Origin: Octopus sinensis
Lineage: Eukaryota
DNA: 64,000 nucleotides
Assembly: GCF_006345805.1 (NCBI RefSeq)
Contig: NC_043008.1
Span: forward strand, 3,534,001 to 3,598,000
Reading direction: 5' to 3'
Below, in pieces: positions 26,531 to 40,349 of this stretch. The position numbers were made by a program, and so were the translations under genes. The notes below the pieces were generated by a model that was not told the origin of the DNA, made no database searches, and saw only the letters and a program-made list of their open reading frames with translations. Every line of letters starts with the position of its first letter. Position 1 is the stretch's first letter.

Positions 26531-27719
26531 TCCGAAGCATTAGAACTTTTCCCTTCTAACCGCAAACCAATGCATTGTACGTTTTAAACGACTTGGCTAA
26601 CATAATATTTAATAATAATAGCTGAAACAGAACATCCGGGAAATGTGGGATCATCGTGGAAGAAGGATTTTGGCTTTTTAAAAATACACAAAAGCTGGTA
26701 GGTTTGCATTTATTCTATTTCCATTAGAGTGAAACTGTGGCATTGATCAGGAGACGGTTGCATAACAAATATTTTGACACCTCAGTGAAATCGTTGCAAA
26801 ATAAATTCAATAGTTGTGTCTTTGAATGGTTAAAATGGTTAGATGCAACAACAGACGGTCTTCAATGAAGTCATTTGCTCAACAAGTACAACGACGAAAT
26901 CGAAAACCTATTTGGCGTTTATTTTGTTCGAAAATATGAACATATTTATGATAAAAAAATCATAAAAACATGGGTGTGTGTATGTGTGTATGTGCGCGCC
27001 TGCATGTATGTATGTATTTCTGACTTATGTATAAAGTACTACAGAACATTTGTTTTTCTAATATAGCAGTGATGATTTCCTTATGCCATGTGATCAAGTT
27101 AGGCGACAAAATTACACACTTGTAACTTGACAGCAACAGCATCTCAGTTCGCTGAGAACAGTAAATTTATCAGATACCAAATACACTTCTAGAATATCAG
27201 CTGTGTATTGCAAATACGTATTTGATAAACGAGTCGTATAATACTAACGCCTCCGGAGACAATGTAATTTTACTCGGCGTGTAGTATTTACACGATTATA
27301 CACACATCGACGCAATGTGAAAACAGCCAACGCTTAAAATAAACCCATCAATGTATGGAGCACATCAAACGTTTATTTCTGTATTGTCATAAAAACATGG
27401 ACTGCGATGCAGAGAAACGTGTACATAATCTCTCAACATAATCTTGCGGAAACAAACAAGTTGGTAAGTAATACTTCTCTGTATTGTTGTTGTTATTGTT
27501 GCTGTGGTTGCTTTTGTAGCGTAGTCTCAGAACAACTCTGATCCTACAGAGATATAGTCAAAGGCATTCCACTCGTGACCATCTTGTCTCTTTGTATATC
27601 AACCACTATATTATTCAATGTAAATTTATTTAAGGCAACCTGACGGACATTTCCACTGCGATTTATTGGTCCTGTTGTGTAGCTGGATTTTTTGTTCTTG
27701 TTTTAAGCGTGGATCATCT

Positions 27720-28150
27720 CTCATTAATCTAAGAATGGTCGAACGCATCCTTGCCTTCTCCTCGATGCAGTTTGCATAATTTACTTTAAAAGTCAGCTTT
27801 AGGTTGATGTGGCTGCTAACTTTAGCGGGTCTATGAAACTACTTAGCCCTCTTTCGTCAATTTACGATATTAGCATTTGCTTTGGTTGCCATAACTAGCA
27901 GTTCAAGTGACCATATAGGAGCGCGCTCTTAGGTGCGAACATTTTCATATTTGTGTTTCGATTTTTGTTTTTCGTTTTTAAGTTTGGGATTTTTTGCTGT
28001 GTCTCGTTCCATTTGAATCTATTCGCCTGAGCAAGATGTCGACATTCAGGGCGTATTCAGGACATAACTGGAGTAATATTTGAGGGTGATTTCGTAGCTA
28101 TTCTTTGTAGATCAAGCAATATATTCTGTTGACCGATATTATTCCATACT
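27720..28150 (-). mobile_element. RTE-clade LINE 3' fragment (highly decayed)
   Basis: Minus-strand remnants YALNV and LWQPK...SFIDPLK resemble the RTE C-terminus. Confidence 0.45.
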
Positions 28151-28164
28151 TTAACACGGTGACC

Positions 28165-28365
28165 TGGTAAAATATTTAGCACGCCGGACAAAATGTTTAG
28201 CGGCATTTCATCCGTTTTTACGTTCTGAGTTCAAATTCCACCGAGGTCAACTTTACTTTTCATACATTCGGGGTCGACAAAATAAGTATCAGTTTGGCAC
28301 TAAGGTCCATGTAACAGACATCCCCTCCCCGCCAAATTGCTAGCTTTCGGCCAAAGTCCGAAACC
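28165..28365 (-). mobile_element. SINE family A copy
   Basis: acgttctgagttcaaattccaccgaggtcaactttactttcat is the reverse complement of the family core. Confidence 0.8.
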
Positions 28366-28899
28366 ACTCTTACTTTCATTTTTGGATTTTGTTTTTGTTT
28401 TTTTGCTTTCTGCTTTAATTTGCTTTGGTTCAATCTTGAGAAAGAGTTTATGAGGGAAGCAGGGGATGTAAACGCACTGAATGCGTCATTCGGTAACTGC
28501 GATCGACGGCTACAGAGGAACATATGAGCAGCGAGGTAGTTCAAGGGGAGTAAGTGGAAATAAATCTCTGGCATTGATAAACATAATGATGTACAATAAA
28601 TTTCCTTTGACCTCTCAGTCGTAGAAACTAAATCTGATTATGTATCAGAAACAACATAGTCCTACATCTCCTATTCCACTTAAAAAGGTAGGCAATAATT
28701 TTTAAAGAAATTTAGCAGGCTATTTTTAACATGTCGAATGACCGTATAGCAACGAATGGCTAATTATATGAAGGTAATTCCTAATGAAGTAAACCTAATC
28801 AAGTATTCTAGTGTGGCCATTTTGTCTTTTTAACCTTTTATATCTAGTTCTGCATCATCTGAAGTCATCACTAACCTGTAAATTATAACTTAAGGAATA

Positions 28900-29240
28900 T
28901 TTGATTGCTATTTCTACCATGTCAAGCAACTGTATTCGCTCGTAACCGTGTTATATTCACGGTGTTTTCTTGCAAGTGTGAAGATATTATTAACTGTAAA
29001 TGAGCTTGCCCACTTGACCAGACGTGTACGATAAACTCAGTCGTATATGAGGCATAAGTCGCAGTTACGCTACAAAATAAACTAACTGTAAAAAAAAATA
29101 CATCGGTTTATGTGAAGGAGATTTCAAAAGACATTATTCAAACCACCTATCTTTTTTCCGGAACATCGATAAAAGAAAAGCCACAAGTTGACTAGGCGCG
29201 TATGGGATCTGAAGACCAACTGCACACCACATACAATCTA
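28900..29240 (+). mobile_element. Penelope-like element, GIY-YIG endonuclease fragment
   Basis: CPLDQTCTINSVVYEA...IGLCEGDFKRHYSNHL.FRNIDKRKATS...VW. Confidence 0.75.
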
Positions 29241-29773
29241 GTGGAGAATCGTAGAGAAACCCACGTTAAGAATACCACTATACTACTGAATTCCGGTTCT
29301 GAAATTTTCAGCAAACGAAAGCATATGAACAAATTTCTTTTGGCGAACTGGAGAACACCACCCTCTCCGGATTTGGTAACTGTCTCACAGGCTTTGCACC
29401 CCATTCTCTTGACTTGTTCTACGCTTGGATTGATTATGGCTTTACGGTCAAAGGAGGGCAGAAGTCTAATTTCTTTCTTTTCGTTCTCTTTTTTTTCCGT
29501 TTTTATTCACCCTTCCCATTTTTACACCTACTTTTTCGTTTTCTCTATTGATTTCTCATGTACCAGCTTCCTCATTTACAAATAAAATAGACGATGTGCT
29601 CAGAGCTCGCCGATTGCTTAGAGACACAAAGCGTATTATAAAAACCTGTCTAACCTCATGTCACCAAACCCAGAAACTATTAGCAACTCGTATATTGTGT
29701 ACATTAAATTATATTTATCTCTCACTGAATGGAATTCATTCTTTATAGATCTTACATTAATCGAACAGTAAAC

Positions 29774-29823
<50 letters not shown>

Positions 29824-30503
29824 GTGTATAGACCTATCTATGAACATATGTATGTACATATACAGTTACATATATTTGCTTGTACTCTATATGTATGTAT
29901 TCAAGTATGTATGAAATTGAGTGTGTGTATGTCTGTGTGATAATGTGTGTGTATGCGTGTGTGTGTGTGCGCACGCGCATATAGCACACAGGAGGATATA
30001 TTTCAATGTGAAAAGATGCTGCCTATATTGTCGACACGGCTGATGACATGAATGGTTGATTTCTTTTAACTTTTGTCAAAGCAGGTAGTTTTGAACATTG
30101 AAACCAACTTCGCTAATTGCTGTTAAGTTTTCCTAATTATTCGTTGCAAATTAATTATTAAGTCTATAGTCATATAACATACCTGAATAATTGTAAAAAT
30201 CACCTGGAGTCTAATGGGTAATTATTCTTTACAAATCATATATTGATCCTATTAATTAATCTGGTTGCCCTATGTAAACCTCCAGCTTACGTCAGAAATA
30301 AAACAAAACATGAATATGTGTTTGGAATATTGTTACACAAAATGTATCAATAATTGGTGTTGCGCCGTATATACACATACAACACTCCTCACACATGTAC
30401 GTAGATGTGTGTACACTCTAAGGCATGTATATATATACACATATATATGTGTGTGTGTGTGTATTTATATATACGTATATATATACCTATATATATAAAT
30501 ATA

Positions 30504-30546
<43 letters not shown>

Positions 30547-30702
30547 GTAACGTGTGTGCATACTTGTGCCTATGATTGAATATATGTATGTATGTATGTT
30601 TGTATAAATGGATGTATGTGCATGTATTAATATAATACATTTGTATAACTACGTAATGTGACTATGTAACTCAATATACATGTGTGCGTGTGTGTGTATG
30701 TA

Positions 30703-30799
<97 letters not shown>

Positions 30800-31002
30800 A
30801 GAGAGAAAAAAGAAAAAAGTAAAAAAGTAAAATTCCGATTAAAAGGGGTCGGGGGAAAAAAAGGCAATCAAAGGGGGTTGTGTATCACAGAAGAAATCTT
30901 TAAAATGTAAGAACCAAGATTAGGTTTATCCGTGGAAAGAAAAGCCTACAGAAAAGACCACGGTAACCTCAAGCAGGGAAGGAATAAACACATGAAAGCA
31001 AA

Positions 31003-31039
<37 letters not shown>

Positions 31040-31043
<4 letters not shown>

Positions 31044-31700
31044 TACAGGATCATACTCAAAGTGGTTTCGCCGAACACCAGGCTCTGAGCAATTTAACAG
31101 GTCCGTCGGTCCAGGGATCCACGATGGAGACGCTATTGGACAGCATGTGCTTGCTTCTCCAGGTGCCGAGCCGCAAGCCCACTGACTTTTCCCGGTTAAT
31201 TCTTGCTCCTGTTACCGCTTCGTATTCTTTAAGTATCTCGCAGACCAGGTCGATGTGCTTGTGGCTCGACACTATGACGGTGACGTCGTCCGCTTATGCA
31301 GACACGCCCCTCCCGCTTCCCAGCACCCGTCGGATGCCCCTCAGCGTCGCCAGCCTCCGCAGAAATGCCTCAAGTGTCAATACATACAGAAGCGACGAGA
31401 GGGGGCATCCTTGACGAACCGAACGCATGATGTTAAATGGTCTGGATTGATGACCATTTACGCGAACTACAGAGCGGATGCCGCTGTATGGTGCAGCGAT
31501 CCAAACGCAGAAGATGGGACCGAAACCAGTCGCTTTAAGGACAGCCTCCAAGTAGTGATGGTCGACCCTATCAAAAGCTTTTGATTAATCCAAATTGATC
31601 AGCGCCCCACCCATGCCAGGATCCTTAACTACTCTGTCTATGACGTAGCGCATCAGATAGAGGTTGTCACGGATACTCCCCTCCCCCGGGGGACACTTCC
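31040..31700 (-). mobile_element. L1/Tx1-clade LINE reverse transcriptase fragment
   Basis: GRSIRDNL...LINLD*SKAFDRVDHHYLEAVL...VRVNG...SVRQGCPLSSLLYVL...AYADDVTV...YEAVTGARINREKS. Confidence 0.92.
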
Positions 31701-31861
31701 TCCCTTGGAAACACACTCAAGCGAAAACTGGGTGTTTTTACACACCTTCTGTGCAAAAATTGAAACAAAATATGTGCAATAAAACGTCGGAAAAGGGGGT
31801 TTACCTGCGGATCCGATGCGACATAATGTCAGTCGATAGATAGATAGATAGATAGGTAGAT

Positions 31862-31894
<33 letters not shown>

Positions 31895-32699
31895 GACAGA
31901 GAGAGAGACAGACAGACAGAGAGACCGAGAGAGAGATGGATAGATAGATAGTTAGATAGATAGATAGCTAGATATATATAATTCATGATGTTAGCTTTAT
32001 GAAGACTAAGATTACAAACCAACTCCAAAGAAACCATACGCAAATTTAAAGAGAAGCATTTGGTAAGCATTTTCAATAGAATGCAGTCGTGTTTCTAATG
32101 CATGTCTAAAAGAAAATATGTTCGCCCAGTATAGAATTATATTACTGCTCAATAAAACAACGAAAATAGATTTAGTATGTCAGGATTCCGGAAGAAATTG
32201 ATCAAATAACAAATACGCGCAGCAACTTAAGATATAAAATGCGTACAAGTGGAACCTCTACCGTTAAGGAATGATATCGATAAATCAGTCAGTAAGAAAC
32301 TTTTATTAAGCAATATATACTCAGTTTCTGATAATATGCTTACATCTCTTTCACGACTAATTAGACACGGCAATATAAATAAACTAATCGAACGGCACAC
32401 AGAAAAGAAATCGCTTTACCAACTCAGTACAGATAGATCTCTAAACCTATCACAGCGTACATTCAACTGCAGCAAATTATACTCTCCAAAATAATTCCAA
32501 CTTTCAAGTACAATAGTCGTATAGCTACAAATGTCAAGTCCTTAAAAACCGGGGGAATATAATCTTTATAGATATAGGCGATAAACTTCAAGACTCACTC
32601 CGAAATAAATGTAACATTATGTATTAAACAGCATAAACGTACGCTACCCGAAGCGTTAATTTATCTATAATCATGGTTAAAGATAACCGGGTGTATGTT

Positions 32700-34130
32700 A
32701 CAAAAATTACATCTAGTTAAAAATTAAAATAAGTAAACCAATTACGGCGAAAAACAGGAATACATGACCCTTATTTCCCATTCATTGAACTTAAATTCAC
32801 TCCAATACTTCAACTGAACTGATAAAATACAAAAACAATAAAACCTCACATCCAATTCATAAAATCTCAAATAAATACCCTGGTAGACAAGAGCAAATAC
32901 AGCATGGTGATAGGTACACACCTTAGAAATATTCTAACGGTTATCCGAATACTTCCTAAAGACCGTACAAGACATCTCCTCATTAGATACAGGTCTTCGT
33001 AGCAAGTTTATTATGGCTGAATCAGTAGAAACCATATACACAAACATCCAAAACTAAAATTACCCGTTACACAGGCAAACATACAGCAATTAGAATTGTT
33101 CTGTCATCACCCGCAAGAAATGGAATAGTCGTGGATTATCTCTTGGGCCCACGATTCCCAAGCTTGTATGTGGTCACAGCACAAAATATGTATATCGTTG
33201 CCAAGGCGTAAACATACGATATTCACAAGAGACGTGGATGACATCGTTGTTGTAATGGAGACAGCACGAAACGTGGAGAAATTAATGGATGGCCTAGAAA
33301 ACAGCTCTGTCCTAAAACCTAATATCCAAAACAGAACAAATAAAACTCCTAGGAATTAAATGGCTTCATCTCTAGATATAAATATTCACATGGAAAATAA
33401 CATATCTCATGAGTTTACACTAATGACACAAATAAATGCTTCGACTAAGATGGAGATGGAGAATTCTATGCAGATACATAACGTCAACATCAAAATCGTT
33501 GCTTAGAAGATTATTTACATTCTTCTCAACAAACAAACACAGAATAAAGAAATCTACAAAGTCAAAGAAGCCCCTCAATCAACAACATATATTCACTGAA
33601 ACGAAAAGACCAAACAACAGCACAATACAGAGATAAATAAACCGCAACAAATTAGCAGATGCTTCACTTTTTACAAATACTCAAATCACATATAAATTCT
33701 ATTACATATTTTAATCAATGGAACCTAACTATGGAATCGATGAAATACATTTTTCAAAAACATCAATAAACAAAATGCATACATTACATCGAGCCATAAA
33801 CTAAGTCTAATGATATTCTAGTAAAATATTGAAATTAAAACAGTATTAATAACAAACATCCAGCTACCAATGATGAAAGTGATTTATAAATGCGATTATG
33901 AACTTGAAAGTTCTCTAAACGTCACTCGTGTGGCTGTTATATTAACCACACAATTGCGGCGATCCTCTGCCTGCAGCCATGCACTTATAGCCAGGCTCGA
34001 TTACAATGCATTATTCCAAATCAAGCAAAACTAAACCAGACGAATAAACATTGGCTGAGGACATATCTATTCTGTATAGCGTCTTCACAAAAAGTATACG
34101 CTTAATGCTGGAAGCAATTCTCATAATAAT
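32700..34130 (+). mobile_element. Penelope-like element RT region (decayed)
   Basis: GLSLGPT (~33135), RDVDDIVVV (~33229), ENSSVLK and LDINI match Penelope RT motifs. The element may extend to ~32000 and ~34330. Confidence 0.6.
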
Positions 34131-34574
34131 AGCACAATGTTAGAATAAAGATGCAGAGTACACACGCTAATGAAAAGGATTCATAAGCACTTGACCGAAG
34201 ATGTGTATAAGTAACAGGCAGAGGTGATGTTTTAGCAGTATTGTCTGCACCAGTCCCGTTGCACCGATCAGAAGCAACTCTCGAAAACAGGTCTGCTAAT
34301 GAGACTGTTGGTGGATGTAAGATATTTACTGATCCAAACAAACTGGGAGTAACTCATAAAATATATGAAAAAATAATCGCTGAAAAATATTGACCAGAAC
34401 ACGCTCGTGTTTTCAATATTATATGTCTGAACAAAAAGCTGTTCCCACGTACAAATATACAGACGCTGACGGACACGGACATGCACGCGCACGCACACTC
34501 GCACACATATGCATGCATACAAGGATCATACATATATACATACATACATACATATACACACACACACACACACA

Positions 34575-35165
34575 CGAAGTCTGATCAATAAGTATCTGGA
34601 CTGTCACCATAGTAACAAATTTAAAGCACACAGAGTAAAGCCGCAGAGCAAAAATTGACTTTAAGTTTTATAGTTCTAGTTCACTTCCACTGTTTACAGC
34701 AGTGCTTGGTAGGAACGTGTGTAGCGTGTGATCATCACATTGACCATGACAGAGAAAGATGGCGATACCTGCTCAGAGGCGTACACAAAGTTGCAGAAAG
34801 TGTATGGAGAGGAGTTTATGAGTTACACACAAGTGTACAAGTGGTTCAGATGCTTCCAAGATGGCCAAAAAATGTCAATATTGACGAACATTCTGGGAGA
34901 GCCGCAACCACCAGAACTGAAAATAACATCGCAGACTACGTGTAGCTGTGAGGGGAAATCGTTGAATCACCATCCGTGAGTTATCAGAGGATGTGCAGAT
35001 TAGTTACGGTTCAGTTCAGTCCATTATCACTGAAGATTTGGGTATGAGACACGTGTCTGCCAAGTTTGTGCCAAAACTGCTTTCAGCTGACCAAAAGGAC
35101 ACTCGGGTTTCAGTTGCACAAGATCTTGATTGTGTCAAGAAAGAAGAAAACTTTTCGAAAACTTT
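34575..35165 (+). mobile_element. Mariner transposon 5' half (TIR plus N-terminal HTH)
   Basis: TIR-like cgaagtctgatcaataagtatctggact, then EAYTKLQKVYGEEFMSYTQVYKWFRCFQDG, DEHSGR and SYGSVQSIITEDLGMRHVSAKFVPKLLSADQK. Confidence 0.9.
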
Positions 35166-35289
35166 ACGTAGGCCTCTGAGCAGGTAACCCCAAGCTTTTG
35201 GTAAAATTTTATGGACTTTCTTATTCAAATGCTTAAAAGGCTAGAAAATAGAAATAAACCATACATAAACAATAATAGATGAGGAAAGG

Positions 35290-35660
35290 CAAAGTTGCTT
35301 CCTAATTGATCCATCATGAGGTTTGATTCCAGGATTGTAAAAAAGAGGATAAAAATTTTGTTTAAATACAATCTTTTAAAATTTGAAATTGTGAGAATTT
35401 GCAATATGAAGACTGTAAAAGTTGTGCATTAGGAACTGTGAGTAAAGAATTAGACAAATGGTTGGCGGAGATTGGAAAAGAATGCCCTGTAGAGCTTCTG
35501 CGGGAAGTTTGTCTCTCAGGGACAGGAAAGATTATCAGGTTTTAAGCCCTTGAAAGCTTGCTGATACCTAGGGTTACAGGTAATCAACTGCTACCTGCAT
35601 AAATTCTACGAGAAATAAGATCGAACCAGAGTCAAATCATTATTATTATTGTTGTTGTTG
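35290..35660 (+). mobile_element. R4-type (RLE) LINE 3' end
   Basis: FLIDPS...CALGTVSKELDKWLAEIG...VELLREVCLSGTGKIIR, followed by a UTR ending in (TTA)n(TTG)n. Confidence 0.75.
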
Positions 35661-35719
35661 CTCTGCTGTTGTTTTTATTAGCTTTGCTTTATTTTATACA
35701 AACTGCACCCACGTTTCAA

Positions 35720-35885
35720 GCACATACATACATACATACATGCATGCATACATACATACATACATACATACATACATACATACATACATACATACATACA
35801 TACATACACGTACATACATACATACATACATACATACATACATACATACATACATACATACATACATGCACACATGCATGCATAA
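35720..35885. repeat. (TACA)n microsatellite
   Basis: Directly visible. Confidence 0.95.
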
Positions 35886-36977
35886 TTTTCAGGCTATTTC
35901 TAATAGAAAGTTTCCAGTGGTATTTGGCGTCAAAAGACAATTTTCTTTGGAAGTATTTGTGAGCAGTTGTTATTTATTAACGAAATGGTTTGTTACAAGC
36001 ATTTTGTCGCGTGAATCTTTTTAAAATGAAGTAAAACAATGGATAATTAAGAAAAATCAGAGATATCATGAGAAAGAGAGAAAGTATAGAGAGAGAGAGA
36101 AATAGATAGGGAGTACAGAAAAAAAACACAGCACCAGGAAAAAGGAAAGAGATAAAGATAGACAGACAAGATGGCATTGGAAGTGTAAAGTAAGAAGATC
36201 AAAACAAAAGAAGAGTCGTTAAAAAATACAGTAAAATGCATCGAAGAATCAGAACAAACCGCTTAATGAGACGAACATTTTAAAGATAAAACAACAACAT
36301 CATTGACATTTTTTTTAATCAGTGATTCATGCAATTTAAAACAGGATGAATAAAACAAAACGAAATAAATTAATGAAAAATTAATTGAAAACTACCTGAT
36401 TAGTATTGTTTATATAATCCTCAGCAAATAGTACATCACCAGCGTGAGAATTTCTTCAGTAAAAAAACACTTAAAGTACTTGATTGACTTAATGAATATT
36501 AATATTAACAATGAGCTATTTTAAAATCTTCAGAAGCGTTGGTTTTTTTAACACAATACAGGCTCAGAAATTTCAGAGGATGTCGTTAGTCGATTAAATC
36601 AAGACTTGATTGGTACTTTTTTGGTTTCAGAAGAAAATCGAAGTTGATCTTGACCGGGTTTGAACTCAGTATGTAACGGGGACCTAAATAAATACCGCAA
36701 GGTAATTTTGCCGGCACCAAACAATTCTGCCAAGAAGTGCAAAAAAGGTACAAAAGTGCAAGACCTGAAATTTTGGCAGATTCCATTGACCTCAGTGTTC
36801 GACTGGTAGTTAGTTTATTGGGCTTAATAGGTTGAAAGGAAAAGTCGATGTTGGCAGTGTTCAGACTGCAGAATCTAAAACCGGACAACAGTCTGCTAAG
36901 CATTTTGTTCGGCAAGCTAGCAATTATGTCAGCGCAGCCTTTTTAGGTGTCTCTATAATAACCATGAAAACAGCGTA

Positions 36978-37165
36978 CCAGGACAATTACCACCCCCACC
37001 CCCATAGGACAATTCCCCCGACGATAGCTACCCTCTAGGACAATTACACCCCTGAGTTAATTACCCCCTCTCCAATATATTAAGAAGCTTTAAATCATCA
37101 TCTGTTGTTCTCGGGGGTAATTGTCCTGGGGGGATTATTGTCCATGGGGGGTAAATGTCCTAGAC
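36978..37165. mobile_element. Foldback/Mutator-type MITE with modular inverted arms
   Basis: Left arm has repeated ggacaattaccc-like units. Right arm has the complementary gggggtaattgtcc, gggggattattgtcc and ggggggtaaatgtcc. Confidence 0.65.
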
Positions 37166-37229
37166 TCGGAAACAGATTCTAAAATAGTGACGGGGCCAAA
37201 AATTTGGAGATCAGCGAAAGGTGATGGTA

Positions 37230-37600
37230 CGGGAGGAAGAGAAGGGCAATGAAGTGCAGAAGGAGGTGGAAGAGGAGAGAGAGTGAGATGTGGAGAGGGG
37301 AGAGAATTTGGTGGAGGAAACGGGATGGAAAGGAAGGGGAAGAGGGACAGAGGTGAGAAGGGAGAGGTATAGGAGGGGAGGAGAAGAGGAAAGAGTGGAA
37401 AAGGAAGAGGCGAGGGACGGAGATATGAAGAGGAAGGGGAGGAGAGGGTGGAGGAGGAGTTGGAGGGGAGTAAGAGAGGAGAAGAAAGGAGGAGGAGAGA
37501 AGGAGCAGGGGAAGAGGCGAGGAGGAGGAAGAGGGAAGAAGTAAGAGGGGAGGAGGAAGGGAGAAAGAGGGAATAAGGAGGGGAGGAGGAAGTTCGAAAT
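37230..37600 (+). repeat. Polypurine (GGA/GAG/AGG) low-complexity tract
   Basis: About 370 bp almost free of pyrimidines. Confidence 0.9.
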
Positions 37601-37999
37601 TGTGATGGTAGAGTTGGTGCTTTAACTGGACGACATGACTTGGCTGGTACTTTATTTTACCGACACTAGAAGGATAACAGGCAAGTTTGACCTCCCAGGA
37701 ATCGGACTCAGAAGAATGTGTCTGTGTGTGCGCGTGAGTACCCGTGTGCATGAATGTTGATGTGTGTGTACACTTGCGTGTATATTTTGAAGTTGACTAT
37801 TGAAGCATTGATGCACAAACTATTTTCCAACGAAGCCCACAATACTTTTTATTTCTACGTTGACCCACCCAAAGTCAAGTAAATAATTTTTTTCTAAATC
37901 AATGTTCGAACACATTCAGTTCACACCATAAAAACGCAAAAAGAAAACGCACCACAGGCCATATCTGAAGAATCTTTTCTACTCTATGCACAAGGCCCA

Positions 38000-38370
38000 A
38001 CATTTTGGGGGAGGGGGCCAGTGGATTAGATCGACCACAGTACGCAACTGGTACATAATTTCTCGACACCGAAAGGATGAAATGCAAAGTTGACCTCGGC
38101 GGAATTCGAACACAGCCCGTAAATACAGACGAAATAGCTATTTCTTTACTACCCACAAGGGGCTAAACGCAGAGAGGACAAACAAGGACAGACAAAGGGA
38201 TTAAGTCGATTAGATCTACTCCAGTACGCAACTGGTACTTAATTTATCAACCCTGAATAGATGAAAGGCAAAGTCGACCTCGGCGGAATTTGAACTCAGA
38301 ACGTAGCGACAGACGGAATACCGCTAAGCATTTCGCCCGGCTTGCTAACGTTTGTGCCAGCTCACCGCCT
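38000..38370 (+). mobile_element. Two tandem SINE family A copies
   Basis: The core occurs at ~38030-38140 and ~38225-38370. The second copy carries the cccacaaggggctaaac leader also seen at 54917. Confidence 0.88.
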
Positions 38371-38689
38371 TAGTCCATATCTGAAGAATATAAATGTCAA
38401 ACAGGAGAAAGACAAATTTATAGTATGATCAATATGCACACGTTTTCCCTGAATGCATAAATGTCACCGTGGCCCACACATGCTTGGGTGTGGATATTGA
38501 TCTATTGTCAACCTTTTATACCACTGACTTAATGTAAACAACACAAGCAATCATAGTAAGAAGTGTGTCATCGAACCATTATAAAATCAAATATCGATAG
38601 TGGTGATTCAAAAGTACAGTGATAGGTTTATTATTTCCTGTTTTTGTATTCAAATCACGCTGAGGTCAAGTTTGGCCTTCTGAACTGGT

Positions 38690-39760
38690 CACTGTAGGAA
38701 CTCAATGAGATATATGTTCGAACTGGCAGACTGTTCAGTGTCACAAGAAAATACATCAATGGAGATGTAGATAGGCTGTACTTCCTACACAAGGATGGTG
38801 CCCGTAAACTGAAATCTGCATTGATGTCACATGAAGCACGTATTGTGACACAGAAACACAATCTTCAGCAGAGGAGAGACCAGTAACTATCTTATTCAAG
38901 TTTGCGACTATGGAATCAATTAAATAACTAAGATAATGAAAATGAGGAGATGTATGAAATAAGAACTGATACAGATCTCTCTTCAAGCAGAAGATCAAAA
39001 TAATTTTTTAAATGGACGAGTTCACTGCATGGGTACTTGGCACACACACAAAAAAAAAACAGAAACCATAGTATGCATCGGTCCTGTAAAAAGCTTGGCA
39101 TGGAATACTGACGATTGTATGTCATCCTTCTTTGAAGGCTAGCTTCGTGCAATTCAAGAACAAGAGATCCCACCACCAAGTGCCTACTGAACAAGAGATA
39201 GAAAACGTTGACAGACAAAGACTGAAGAGGTCAACCACATCATTGCCAACTGCGAGAGAATATCCTCCTGATATCTTCCCATGAGATATGATGCAGTGAC
39301 CAGACTGGTTTGGAACCCGATAGCAAAAATAAAACGCTGCAGACGAAGTTGACTATATTGAGACGGACTGGGTCAAAAGAATATTTCTGGGACTGAGAAA
39401 TTAAAACAACCACCAAGCGAAACACAATTGGTTAGATATCGTTGAGTGGGACCAGAAGGAAAAGATATATTCTGCTTTGGAAATCAGCTGCCCTCTAGAC
39501 ACCAATTTGGCTCGAAAAATACAAGAGGACAGCTATTACCATTAATGAGAAGTTTGTAAATCCAGTACTCAGCATCACTTTCGGCTTCATACCTATTATT
39601 AATGGAGCAACAGGATACATACCAACTCATCTGGAGCAAAACGTGGCTGAAATTAGGTTCTTGGTGAGAGAACGCTTACACTTAATTCCCACACTACAAA
39701 TGACTATGATATCCGGAACTATAAAAATCTGCAAGACTTTCTAAAAATTTAAATGATGAA
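38690..39760 (+). mobile_element. R4-type (RLE) LINE 3' fragment, copy 1
   Basis: RLYFLHKDGARKLKS, AIQEQEI, EEVNHIIANC...YLPMRYDAV, EISCPLD, PIINGATGY and GTIKICKTF. Confidence 0.8.
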
Positions 39761-39959
39761 CAGAACAAGATATTTGCGTAACCACCTTGCTACCAAGTAG
39801 GTGGCAGGCTACAATTTACTCTAAATTAAAAAGAGAAACAGGAGACATACTTACATGCACACAAATATACATACATATATACGTACAGGCCGTACGTAGG
39901 TAAATACATACATAGATACAAACAGACAGACAGACGTATATATTCGCTTCTTTAAAGTC

Positions 39960-40290
39960 AGCAATTCCTCGACAAACATCTCATATCTGATATTGTTCTG
40001 TGGACAGGGACGAAAAGTCAGGCACTTTGTAGAAGTCAGCTGCCCAGTGGATGTGAATATACCATCAAAACTCCAGAATAAAAAGAGAACATTTATAGCG
40101 AATTAATAAGAATCTTACATCTCTTGCCCTGACATTAAAACCTCGTTTACACCTATCATCGTAGATGCATTAGGCGATGTACTAACACATTTATACAAAC
40201 AATCTCGAGGAAAGAACGAAAGAAACTAACGCGGATTCTCCAAATCTAATCTCGTAACGACAGACGAAAACCGATGCAAACTTCGTGGAG
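39960..40290 (+). mobile_element. R4-type (RLE) LINE 3' fragment, copy 2
   Basis: DIVLW...VEVSCPVDVNI and PIIVDALG. Confidence 0.7.
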
Positions 40291-40349
40291 TTAACACCGA
40301 AGAAATCCCCACATCATAAAAAGTTGTCCGAAAATGTCAATACAGTATT

